Source: Longimicrobium sp. (GTDB taxonomy: Bacteria > Gemmatimonadota > Gemmatimonadetes > Longimicrobiales > Longimicrobiaceae). Taken from it: a DNA stretch of 49,970 nt. Of this stretch, positions 10,274 through 17,200 are shown piece after piece. How positions within the stretch are numbered: the first letter of the stretch is position 1; every line of letters starts with the position of its first letter. The notes beneath the pieces were generated by a model. It was not told the origin of the DNA, ran no database searches, and saw nothing but the letters and a program-made list of their open reading frames with translations. Made by a program: the position numbers and the translations under genes. The stretch is taken from positions 1 to 49,970 of the forward strand of contig DASQZE010000232.1 of assembly GCA_035638875.1 (NCBI GenBank), in the 5' to 3' direction.

Positions 10274-10516
10274 ATGAACAGGATGATGACGGCCGCGCGA
10301 CGGACCGCCTACGCGGCGGGGGTACTGGTCTCGCTGGGATTCGGCGCGCGGGCGGCGCTCGCCTCGCCGCTGCCCATGCAGACGTGCACGGAACCGGCCT
10401 ACTCCGTGGGCAGTTGCACGTCCACGAGCGACTGCCGCAAGATCTGCAACCGCCTGTCCAACGGGCTCATCCCCATCTGCGACACGCGGACGTTCTGCTG
10501 CACCTGCCAGAAGTAG
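10274..10516 (+). CDS. Secreted 8-Cys defensin-like (CS-alpha-beta) peptide 1
   Basis: GGAGGA RBS; signal peptide ending in ALA; mature part C-x9-C-x5-C-x3-C-x10-C-x5-CC-x-C. Confidence 0.85.
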   Translation: MNRMMTAARRTAYAAGVLVSLGFGARAALASPLPMQTCTEPAYSVGSCTSTSDCRKICNRLSNGLIPICDTRTFCCTCQK

Positions 10517-10568
10517 CCGCCGCGCCGGACGAGCTCCGGCGCATCCACGCACAGCACGGGAGTACGCC

Positions 10569-10802
10569 ATGACGAAGATGATGAGGAACCTGCGGTCCAC
10601 GGTGTTCGCCGGGGGCGTCGGCGCGGCGCTCGTGTTCGGCGCCGCGTCGTTGCGGGCCGACGTGAGCCCCACGGCCGCCTGCTCGGAGCCGTTCGCCACC
10701 TCGTGCACCACGACGACGGCGTGCGCCAAGTACTGCCGCGGCGTAGAGGGTGCCGGTACGGGCCAGTGCAGCAGCGGCTGCTGCTACTGCATCTGGTTCT
10801 AA
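10569..10802 (+). CDS. Secreted 8-Cys defensin-like (CS-alpha-beta) peptide 2
   Basis: GGGAG RBS; signal peptide similar to peptide 1; C-x7-C-x5-C-x3-C-x10-C-x3-CC-x-C with a GxC (GQC) motif. Confidence 0.88.
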   Translation: MTKMMRNLRSTVFAGGVGAALVFGAASLRADVSPTAACSEPFATSCTTTTACAKYCRGVEGAGTGQCSSGCCYCIWF

Positions 10803-10827
10803 GCCGGTTTCTCCACGGGATTGAAAG

Positions 10828-10861
10828 CGAGAGGCCCCGCCGGCGACCGGCGGGGCTTCTC
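10828..10861 (+). terminator. Hairpin terminator after the defensin-like pair
   Basis: GCCCCGCCGG-cga-CCGGCGGGGC followed by TTCT. Confidence 0.7.
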
Positions 10862-10881
10862 GTGCGTTCGACGCAAGCCGC

Positions 10882-10910
10882 TTGACGAACGTAGCGGCAC
10901 CAACTACACT
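10882..10910 (+). promoter_or_regulatory. Putative sigma70 promoter
   Basis: TTGACG-N17-TACACT. Confidence 0.55.
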
Positions 10911-11019
10911 CAACTCGTCTACTTTGTCTCCTTGCTGCGTCCGCGCGACGGTCCGCGGCAATTCCCGCCTGCCGGGCACCAGGAGTTCCCGGCAATGCTG
11001 AATGCCGCGCCGTTGCTGA

Positions 11020-11075
11020 ATTATACGGATTATACAGAGACACGTATTGCGCCACTAGCTGAGAGTAAATATCAT
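11020..11075 (+). promoter_or_regulatory. Putative promoter with upstream ATTATAC direct repeat
   Basis: ATTATACGG-ATTATACAG, then TTGCGC-N17-TATCAT, about 50 nt before the ATG at 11126. Confidence 0.45.
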
Positions 11076-11125
11076 TCCGTGGGTATCCACACATTCTCGG
11101 CCATACCTTCTACCGGAATCCCACC

Positions 11126-11305
11126 ATGCGCAACTTTACCGCCACCCTGCTGCTCGCGCTCATGGCTGCCGTGCTGCCTTCCCTCCCCCGGCCTGCCAGC
11201 GCCCAGATCGTGACGTGCTACAAGAAGGTGTGCGCCGAGTATCCCGACGGAACCAAGATCTGCGAGCTGACGCCGGTGGACTGCAGCCAGGTGAAGATGC
11301 TATGA
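11126..11305 (+). CDS. Secreted 4-Cys peptide A, 59 aa (not in ORF track)
   Basis: MRNFTATLLLALMAAVLPSLPRPASA|QIVTCYKKVCAEYPDGTKICELTPVDCSQVKML; its stop overlaps the next ATG (ATGA); paralog at 12862. Confidence 0.85.
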   Translation: MRNFTATLLLALMAAVLPSLPRPASAQIVTCYKKVCAEYPDGTKICELTPVDCSQVKML

Positions 11306-11670
11306 AGCGCACATCCCTGCGCGTCCGTCGCGCCATTCCGAAGGGCGTCCTGCTCCTGGCCGGGTGCGGCCTGATCGCGTGCGGCGAGTTCACCACCACG
11401 GCACCCGTGGCACCCGCCCCGGCATCGCCACCCTCCGTCGCGGATCTGTCCCCGGAGCAGCGGGAGCTGTTCGACCGACCCGTTCCCGCGGAAGCGCTGG
11501 TGGAACGGCCGGCAACGCAGCAGGAGCTGCAGGCCTTCTTCGACCGGTTCCCACCGGGCCACCTGGAGGCGCTGCTGACCGTTGCCAACCGGCGCGCGGC
11601 CGCCCGCGGCGAGGACACCATCCCCCACTGCCTGCCCCGCTGCGGGACGGGCAAGGCACCCGCGCAGTGA
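11302..11670 (+). CDS. Putative lipoprotein, 122 aa
   Basis: ATGA coupling upstream and GTGA coupling downstream; lipobox-like LAGC/LIAC; Pro-rich linker; C-terminal CLPRC. Confidence 0.75.
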   Translation: MKRTSLRVRRAIPKGVLLLAGCGLIACGEFTTTAPVAPAPASPPSVADLSPEQRELFDRPVPAEALVERPATQQELQAFFDRFPPGHLEALLTVANRRAAARGEDTIPHCLPRCGTGKAPAQ

Positions 11671-12830
11671 AGGCATCGCACGTTCTCGCGGGAACGGCCC
11701 GATTCTTCGTCCCCGCGCTACTGGCTTTTTCGACGGCGTGCACGTCCGGGGAAGCACGCGACGCCGCGCCGGGGAGCGACCTTCCCGCCGCGTGGAACGT
11801 CGCCGAAAAGCCCACGCTGCGGATCGGGGCGTCGGAGGCGGACGCCCTGGGGTTTGTCACCAGCGCGGTGAGCCTGCCGGGCGGCGGCGTCGCCCTGGCC
11901 GACGCGGGCTCGAACCGCATCGACGTGTTCGACGCGCGCGGCCAGCGGGTGCGCACCATCGGCCGCGAAGGGCGCGGGCCGGGCGAGTTCACCCATCCGG
12001 AGTGGATCGGCCTGCGCGGGGACACGCTGCGGGTGTGGGATAGGGTCCAGGCCCGCCTCACCCTGTTCGACACCATCGGCCGGGTCATCCGCACCGAGCC
12101 CCCGCTCACGGACCTGGGATCGTTCCCCCGCGCCGCCGGCCAGTTCGCGGACGGGTCGCTCCTCCTGCTGGGCGGCTCCACCAAGTCGTGGCGGACGGGC
12201 CCGTTCCGCGACTCCATGCTCCTGGTCCGCGTGCACCCCGGCGGCCGCCGCGATACGCTGGGCCGTGTGCCGGGGGACGAGCAGATCGGAAGCGTCGAGC
12301 GAAACGGGACCGTCTCGAAGACCGACCAGCTGCCGTTCGGGCGTCATACGCTCGTGGCCGTGCGTGGCGAGCACGTGTTCCTGGGCACGGGCGACTCGTC
12401 CACCATCGTATCTTCCGCCGACGGCAGGGCGTGGGCGCGGGCGGCCGCCGTTCCGGGCCCACGGCGGCGTGTGACGCCGCAGGACATCGACGAACACTGG
12501 GAGCGGCTCCTGGTCCAGGGCTCCGGCTCCGGCTCCGCGGGCAAACGGCCCGAAGGCATCGACTACCCGGAGGAGTATCCGCCGTACGCGGACGTGCAGC
12601 CTGCCCCAGGCGGCGACCTGTGGGTCCTTCTTCCGTCACGCCCCTCCGAGTGGGGGGTGGGCAGCCGGTGGATCGTGTTCGCCCCGGACGGCGCCGTGCG
12701 GGGCACGGTCTACATCCCGGGGCGCACCCGCATCCTGGAGATCGGGGACGGCTGGATCCTCCTCTCCGAGACGGACGCGGATGACCAGCAACTCGTCGCA
12801 CGATATCCGCTGGCCGCACCCTCGTCCTGA
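11667..12830 (+). CDS. 6-bladed beta-propeller (NHL-like) lipoprotein
   Basis: GTG start overlaps the upstream stop; lipobox STAC; VALADAGSNRIDVFDARGQRVRTIGREGRGPGEF blade signature. Confidence 0.85.
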   Translation: MKASHVLAGTARFFVPALLAFSTACTSGEARDAAPGSDLPAAWNVAEKPTLRIGASEADALGFVTSAVSLPGGGVALADAGSNRIDVFDARGQRVRTIGREGRGPGEFTHPEWIGLRGDTLRVWDRVQARLTLFDTIGRVIRTEPPLTDLGSFPRAAGQFADGSLLLLGGSTKSWRTGPFRDSMLLVRVHPGGRRDTLGRVPGDEQIGSVERNGTVSKTDQLPFGRHTLVAVRGEHVFLGTGDSSTIVSSADGRAWARAAAVPGPRRRVTPQDIDEHWERLLVQGSGSGSAGKRPEGIDYPEEYPPYADVQPAPGGDLWVLLPSRPSEWGVGSRWIVFAPDGAVRGTVYIPGRTRILEIGDGWILLSETDADDQQLVARYPLAAPSS

Positions 12831-12861
12831 ATTCGCCCGTCCACTTCAACCTACCCGTTTC

Positions 12862-13041
12862 ATGAAACATGCGAAGAAGGTCGTCATGGCCTGTGCGGCC
12901 GCCATGCTGGGCGCCGCCGCCATCCCCGGACGCCCGCTGCCGCTGGAGGCGCAGATCATCCGCTGCTACGACGTGACGTGTACGAAGGACGAAAAGACCG
13001 GCATCGTTCGGTGCGTGGAGAAGCTGACCCCCTGCCCGTGA
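12862..13041 (+). CDS. Secreted 4-Cys peptide B, 59 aa
   Basis: MKHAKKVVMACAAAMLGAAAIPGRPLPLEA|QIIRCYDVTCTKDEKTGIVRCVEKLTPCP; same QI..CY...C framework as peptide A. Confidence 0.85.
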   Translation: MKHAKKVVMACAAAMLGAAAIPGRPLPLEAQIIRCYDVTCTKDEKTGIVRCVEKLTPCP

Positions 13042-13100
13042 AGCCGGGCACGCGCACTCCGTGACACAGGTGACGACGGCGCAGCATTTCGCAGGATGAA

Positions 13101-13135
13101 AGAAGGCCCCGCCGGGAATCCGGCGGGGCCTTTCT
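13101..13135. terminator. Bidirectional terminator
   Basis: AAGGCCCCGCCGG-gaat-CCGGCGGGGCCTTT between convergent genes. Confidence 0.8.
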
Positions 13136-13155
13136 CGTCTTCGTGGATCCATCCG

Positions 13156-14178
13156 CTACGGCTTTCGCAGCGCCTCCACCGCAACGTCGGGGTTGTCGGA
13201 GAACACGCCGTCCACGCCGGCCTCGATGTACGCGGCGATCTCCGCGCGCAGGTCGCCCGGGCGATGGAGAAACGCGGGATCGGTGATGTCGCCGGACCGG
13301 AAGTCCGCGGAGAGAAAGACGTTCTCGCGGCGAAACGTCCACGGGTGCACCTGCAGCCCCGCCGCGTGCGCGTCCGCCACCAGCGGCGTGGGGGGCAGCA
13401 TCCGCCCCTCCGCGTCGCGCGGGATGACGAGCGCCTTGTTGGGGCCGATGGCGTCCGCGTAGGTGGCGATCTCCGCCAGCCCCGCCGGCGTGGCCATGTC
13501 GGCGTAGCTGCGCGGATCGTTGCGCAGGTCCAGGTCGTACGGCTGGCCCTGTGCCTCCATCAGCTGCACCAGGCGCACCCCCGTCCGGCGCCGCAGCATC
13601 CGCAGGTTTGCCGTCTCGAACGACTGGATGAAGACGGGGTCCGCCGCCTCCGTCCACCCGGCCCGCTCCAGTGCAGCCAGCAGCGGCGGCTCCAGCGCCA
13701 GGCCGATGGACTCGAAGTAGCTGGGATGCTTGGTTTCCGGGTAGATGCCGATGGTCCGCCCCAGCCGCGTCGACTCCTCCTGCGCCAGCACGATCACCTC
13801 GTCCAGCGTGGGGATGCGGAAGCGGTCGTCGTAGTGCGCCGCCTCCGGCCGCACCTCCGGCAGCCGCTCGCGCGCCCACAGCGTCCGCAGCTCCGCCAGG
13901 GTGAAGTCCTCCGTGAACCATCCCGTCACGGGCAGGCCGTCGATCTCCTTGGTGGTGCGGCGGTCGATGAACTCGGGGCGGTCCTTTACGTCCGTCGTGC
14001 CGCCGATCTCGTTCTCGTGCCGCGCGACGAGCACGCCGTCGCGGGTGGCGACCAGGTCGGGCTCGATGAAGTCCGCGCCCATCTCGATTGCCAGCCGGTA
14101 CGATTCGATCGTGTGCTCCGGCCGGTACCCGCTCGCGCCGCGGTGCGCGATCACGATGGGCGATTGTGCGTTCGGCAT
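13156..14178 (-). CDS. glpQ: Glycerophosphodiester phosphodiesterase
   Basis: IAHRGASGYRPEHT, ADFIEPDLV, YPETKHP, IQSFE and DGVFSDNPD motifs; start uncertain (14178 or 14265). Confidence 0.92.
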   Translation of the reverse strand: MPNAQSPIVIAHRGASGYRPEHTIESYRLAIEMGADFIEPDLVATRDGVLVARHENEIGGTTDVKDRPEFIDRRTTKEIDGLPVTGWFTEDFTLAELRTLWARERLPEVRPEAAHYDDRFRIPTLDEVIVLAQEESTRLGRTIGIYPETKHPSYFESIGLALEPPLLAALERAGWTEAADPVFIQSFETANLRMLRRRTGVRLVQLMEAQGQPYDLDLRNDPRSYADMATPAGLAEIATYADAIGPNKALVIPRDAEGRMLPPTPLVADAHAAGLQVHPWTFRRENVFLSADFRSGDITDPAFLHRPGDLRAEIAAYIEAGVDGVFSDNPDVAVEALRKP

Positions 14179-14231
14179 CCCGGGCAGGCTCGGCAGGGGG
14201 AGCAGGGTGATGAGGACGGGCCACCGACGCG

Positions 14232-14678
14232 TCACGAGGCATCGTGCGCGGTCACGAGCGACCATCCGCCCTCAAGCGGCCGAACGCTCGCGCAGACCGG
14301 GCCGCCGTCCTGCATCGCGCCCGGGATCCGGACCTGGAGGGCGGCGCCGGGCGTATCCAGCGCCCGCGCCACGAGCCCGGCGGAGATCCCGGCCAGGCGC
14401 ACCTTCGCCCGCCGGGACCAGCACGAGCCCGGCTGCCCCGCCCTCGTCCCCGAGCTCACGTAGACGAAGCGGTCGTCCGGCCGCCCCTGCGCAAACGGCC
14501 CCAGGAAGTTCGGCGCCCCGTCCGCGCGGCTTCCCGTGCGGACGCTGAGGTCGAAGACGAGCGCATCCGCAGATTCCGCCACCGGCCCCAGCAACTCGCC
14601 CCGTCCGCGCTGGACACGGTACACGACCCCGGCCAGGGGGCGTACGATGACGATGCGCAGCGCGAGCTCACGATCCAT
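14232..14678 (-). CDS. DUF5990-like protein
   Basis: VQRGRGEL, GPFAQGRPDDRFVYV and RRAKVRL resemble this family (recognised from memory, not searched). Confidence 0.7.
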   Translation of the reverse strand: MDRELALRIVIVRPLAGVVYRVQRGRGELLGPVAESADALVFDLSVRTGSRADGAPNFLGPFAQGRPDDRFVYVSSGTRAGQPGSCWSRRAKVRLAGISAGLVARALDTPGAALQVRIPGAMQDGGPVCASVRPLEGGWSLVTAHDAS

Positions 14679-14694
14679 GGCTCCCCGTCAATGA

Positions 14695-16128
14695 TCAGAC
14701 CACCTTCGTCTTCCACTTTCCGCGCCGGAAGATGATCCCGCTGACCACCGCGAGCAGCGAGAACGCAAGGGTGATGGCCCAGAACGCGCCCGTGGGACCG
14801 AATCCGAACGTGTTCGCCAGCAGGTACGCCAGCGGGATCTCGAAGGCCCAGAACACGGCCAGGTTGATCCACGTGGGCGTCCACGTATCGCCCGCGCCGT
14901 TGAATGCCTGCGTGAGCACCATCCCGAACGCGTAGAGCGGAAAGCCCAGCGCCACCACCCGCAGCGCCATGGCCCCGTGCCGCACCACCTCGGGATCGGT
15001 GGAGAACAGGCGCACGATGGGCCCCGCCAGGATCACGAACAGCGCGCCCACGAATCCCAGGAACGCCAGGTTGTACAGGCACGCCTTCCACACGGCCTTT
15101 TCCGCGCGCTCCGGCTTGCCCGCGCCCAGCGCCTGCCCCACCAGCGTGGCCGCCGCGTTGCTCATCCCGTAGCTGGGCAGGATGGCGAACACCACCACCC
15201 GCATGGCCACCGTGTACCCGGCCAGCACCGGGCTGCCGAACCCGGCCAGGATGCGCGCGATCCCCGTCCAGCTGGCGGTGCTGATGAGCATCTGCACCGT
15301 CGCGGAGCCGGCGAGACGGACGATCTGCCCCATCACGGGCAGGTCCAGCCGCAGGCGGCGCCGCCCCACGGGAATGCGCCCGTCCGGCCGCCCCAGCCGC
15401 CACAGGGCGAACAGCGCGCCCAGGCTGCGCCCCGTCGTCGTGGCCACGGCCGCGCCCGTCACCCCCAGCTGCGGAAACGGGCCCAGGCCAAAGATCAGGC
15501 AGGGCGCCAGGACGATGTTGATGAGGTTCGCCAGCCACAGCACGCGCATGGCGATGGCCGCGTCGCCCGCGCCGCGGAAGATGGCGTTCACCACGAACAG
15601 GATGATGATGGCCGCCTCGCCGCCCAGCATGATGCGCGCGTACCCCGTGCCGATGGCGATGACCTCCGGCGTGGCCCCCATCAGCCCCAGCAGCCGCGTC
15701 GCCAGCAGCGAGCCGGCCGTTCCCAGGACGATGGAGATGCCGATGGCGAGGAGGATGGCCTGCACGGCGGCGTGCGCGGCGCCCTCCGCGTCCTTTTCGC
15801 CGATGCGGCGGGCCACCAGCGCCGTGGCGCCGATGCCCAGCCCCATGGCCAGCGCGTAGACGATGGTGAGCAGCGATTCCGTGAGCCCCACCGCCGCCAC
15901 CGCGTTCGCGCCCAGCCGCGAGACGAAGAAGATGTCGACGACGGCGAACACGCTCTCCATGGCCATCTCCAGCACCATGGGGATGGAGAGCAGCAGGATG
16001 GCGCGGCCGACGGGGCCGGAGGTGTAGTCTTCTTCGGTGCCGCGGAGTGCCTGGCCCACCGAGCGCCAGAAACCGGGGTGGGGGCCGTCCGCCGGAGCGG
16101 CGGAGGGCGGATCGAACGTCGTAGACAT
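14695..16128 (-). CDS. MATE family efflux transporter
   Basis: About 12 TM segments; LSIPMVLEM, VSRLGANAVAAVG, FRGAGDA and FNGAGDT motifs. Confidence 0.93.
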   Translation of the reverse strand: MSTTFDPPSAAPADGPHPGFWRSVGQALRGTEEDYTSGPVGRAILLLSIPMVLEMAMESVFAVVDIFFVSRLGANAVAAVGLTESLLTIVYALAMGLGIGATALVARRIGEKDAEGAAHAAVQAILLAIGISIVLGTAGSLLATRLLGLMGATPEVIAIGTGYARIMLGGEAAIIILFVVNAIFRGAGDAAIAMRVLWLANLINIVLAPCLIFGLGPFPQLGVTGAAVATTTGRSLGALFALWRLGRPDGRIPVGRRRLRLDLPVMGQIVRLAGSATVQMLISTASWTGIARILAGFGSPVLAGYTVAMRVVVFAILPSYGMSNAAATLVGQALGAGKPERAEKAVWKACLYNLAFLGFVGALFVILAGPIVRLFSTDPEVVRHGAMALRVVALGFPLYAFGMVLTQAFNGAGDTWTPTWINLAVFWAFEIPLAYLLANTFGFGPTGAFWAITLAFSLLAVVSGIIFRRGKWKTKVV

Positions 16129-16458
16129 GTGGAGCCTCCGTACGGTGCTTCTCCACCGCGGCGGAACGGGCGAGCCCGCGCCCGCGGCGAAGATCGTTGA
16201 TCAAGAACACGGTTGCCCGGGAGTGCGCGCGGTCAGGCGCGCGGCGCGTCAGTGGCGACGCGTGGGGTGAAGGGAGTCTCCCGGCGACTGCAACCTCACC
16301 CGATCAACGCAACGTCCATCAGCTCCTGCGACTGCGAGGGGAACGTGGGGGCGGGGTACGATACCGCTGTGCCCGGCCCGGAGAGCGACAAGTATATTGA
16401 AAACGGATGGATCGACAACCCCTTGCCACGGGTGGGGACAGGTTCCTGATCAGAACGC

Positions 16459-16492
16459 GAGAGGGGGACGGCACCGGTTGCCGTCCCCCTCT
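16459..16492. terminator. Hairpin, probable terminator of the peptide precursor gene
   Basis: GAGAGGGGGACGGCA...TGCCGTCCCCCTCTC inverted repeat. Confidence 0.6.
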
Positions 16493-16614
16493 CGTTCTCG
16501 GTCGTTCCCCACCCATCCAGGTGGATGGGATGCCCAGCCTCAAGGGGCCTGAGCCGCGCATCGTGGGATCGCGGATTGCGGGATCATCGTCCCGCATCAC
16601 ACGCGAAGGTCACT

Positions 16615-16836
16615 TCAGCACTGGCGCAGGCCGCACGTCCCGATGCCGTCCGCGTCGCAGGTGGCTCCGACCGTGGCGCAGTACCAATCGCACGAGTGGT
16701 AGCAGGTGTACCGGGGGTAGGTTTCGGGATAGGGGTCCTGCGCGCCGACCACCGTGCCCGCCGACCCGGCCGCCGCCGAAGTGTCAAACGACACCACGTT
16801 CACATCCTCAAGTGTCAGTCTGAGCTTGGTCCGCAT
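16615..16836 (-). CDS. RiPP precursor, pinensin-like lanthipeptide leader
   Basis: GGAGG RBS; leader KLRLTLEDVNVVSF...GTVVG; core with 6 Cys and repeated T/S-C pairs. Confidence 0.8.
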   Translation of the reverse strand: MRTKLRLTLEDVNVVSFDTSAAAGSAGTVVGAQDPYPETYPRYTCYHSCDWYCATVGATCDADGIGTCGLRQC

Positions 16837-17131
16837 GGGTGTACCTCCGGAGCTCTGATGCCTTCGACGTCATGCGGCCGATTGAGGCAGCGGGCAAACC
16901 GAGGGGGTTCGCTCCACGCCAGGGCGGCTGCGGGAATTCTCTGATAATAACGACGCAAAACGTAACGATCAAGTCCGCGCCGGCCAGCCGAAAACAGATG
17001 AGGGGGGCGGGCTTGGTGGCGAAGTCGTTTTTCCGAGGCGGTAGGGGGCACCATCTGCGCCGCATCCAGGCGTCCGGCGTGCTCCCCGCCTCCCCCGCCC
17101 TCTGCCCACCGGATCACGATCCTTCAGCCAC

Positions 17132-17172
17132 AAGAAGGCGCCCCGGAACCGCATCGGCCCCGGGGCGCTTCT
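17132..17172 (-). terminator. Terminator after the M14 peptidase
   Basis: GCGCCCCGG...CCGGGGCGC stem with a T-rich tail on the minus strand. Confidence 0.6.
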
Positions 17173-17200
17173 CATCCACCATCCACCGGCGCCGTTCAGC

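Noticed and set aside
10995-11213. ORF MLNAAPLLNYTDY... with an AGGAG upstream
   Set aside because: It runs through promoter-like AT-rich DNA and overlaps the better-supported peptide A gene in another frame.
16213-16449. Short + strand ORF ending ...YIENGWIDNPLPRVGTGS before a hairpin
   Set aside because: No clear start or RBS and no recognisable family; may be a gene remnant but cannot be supported.
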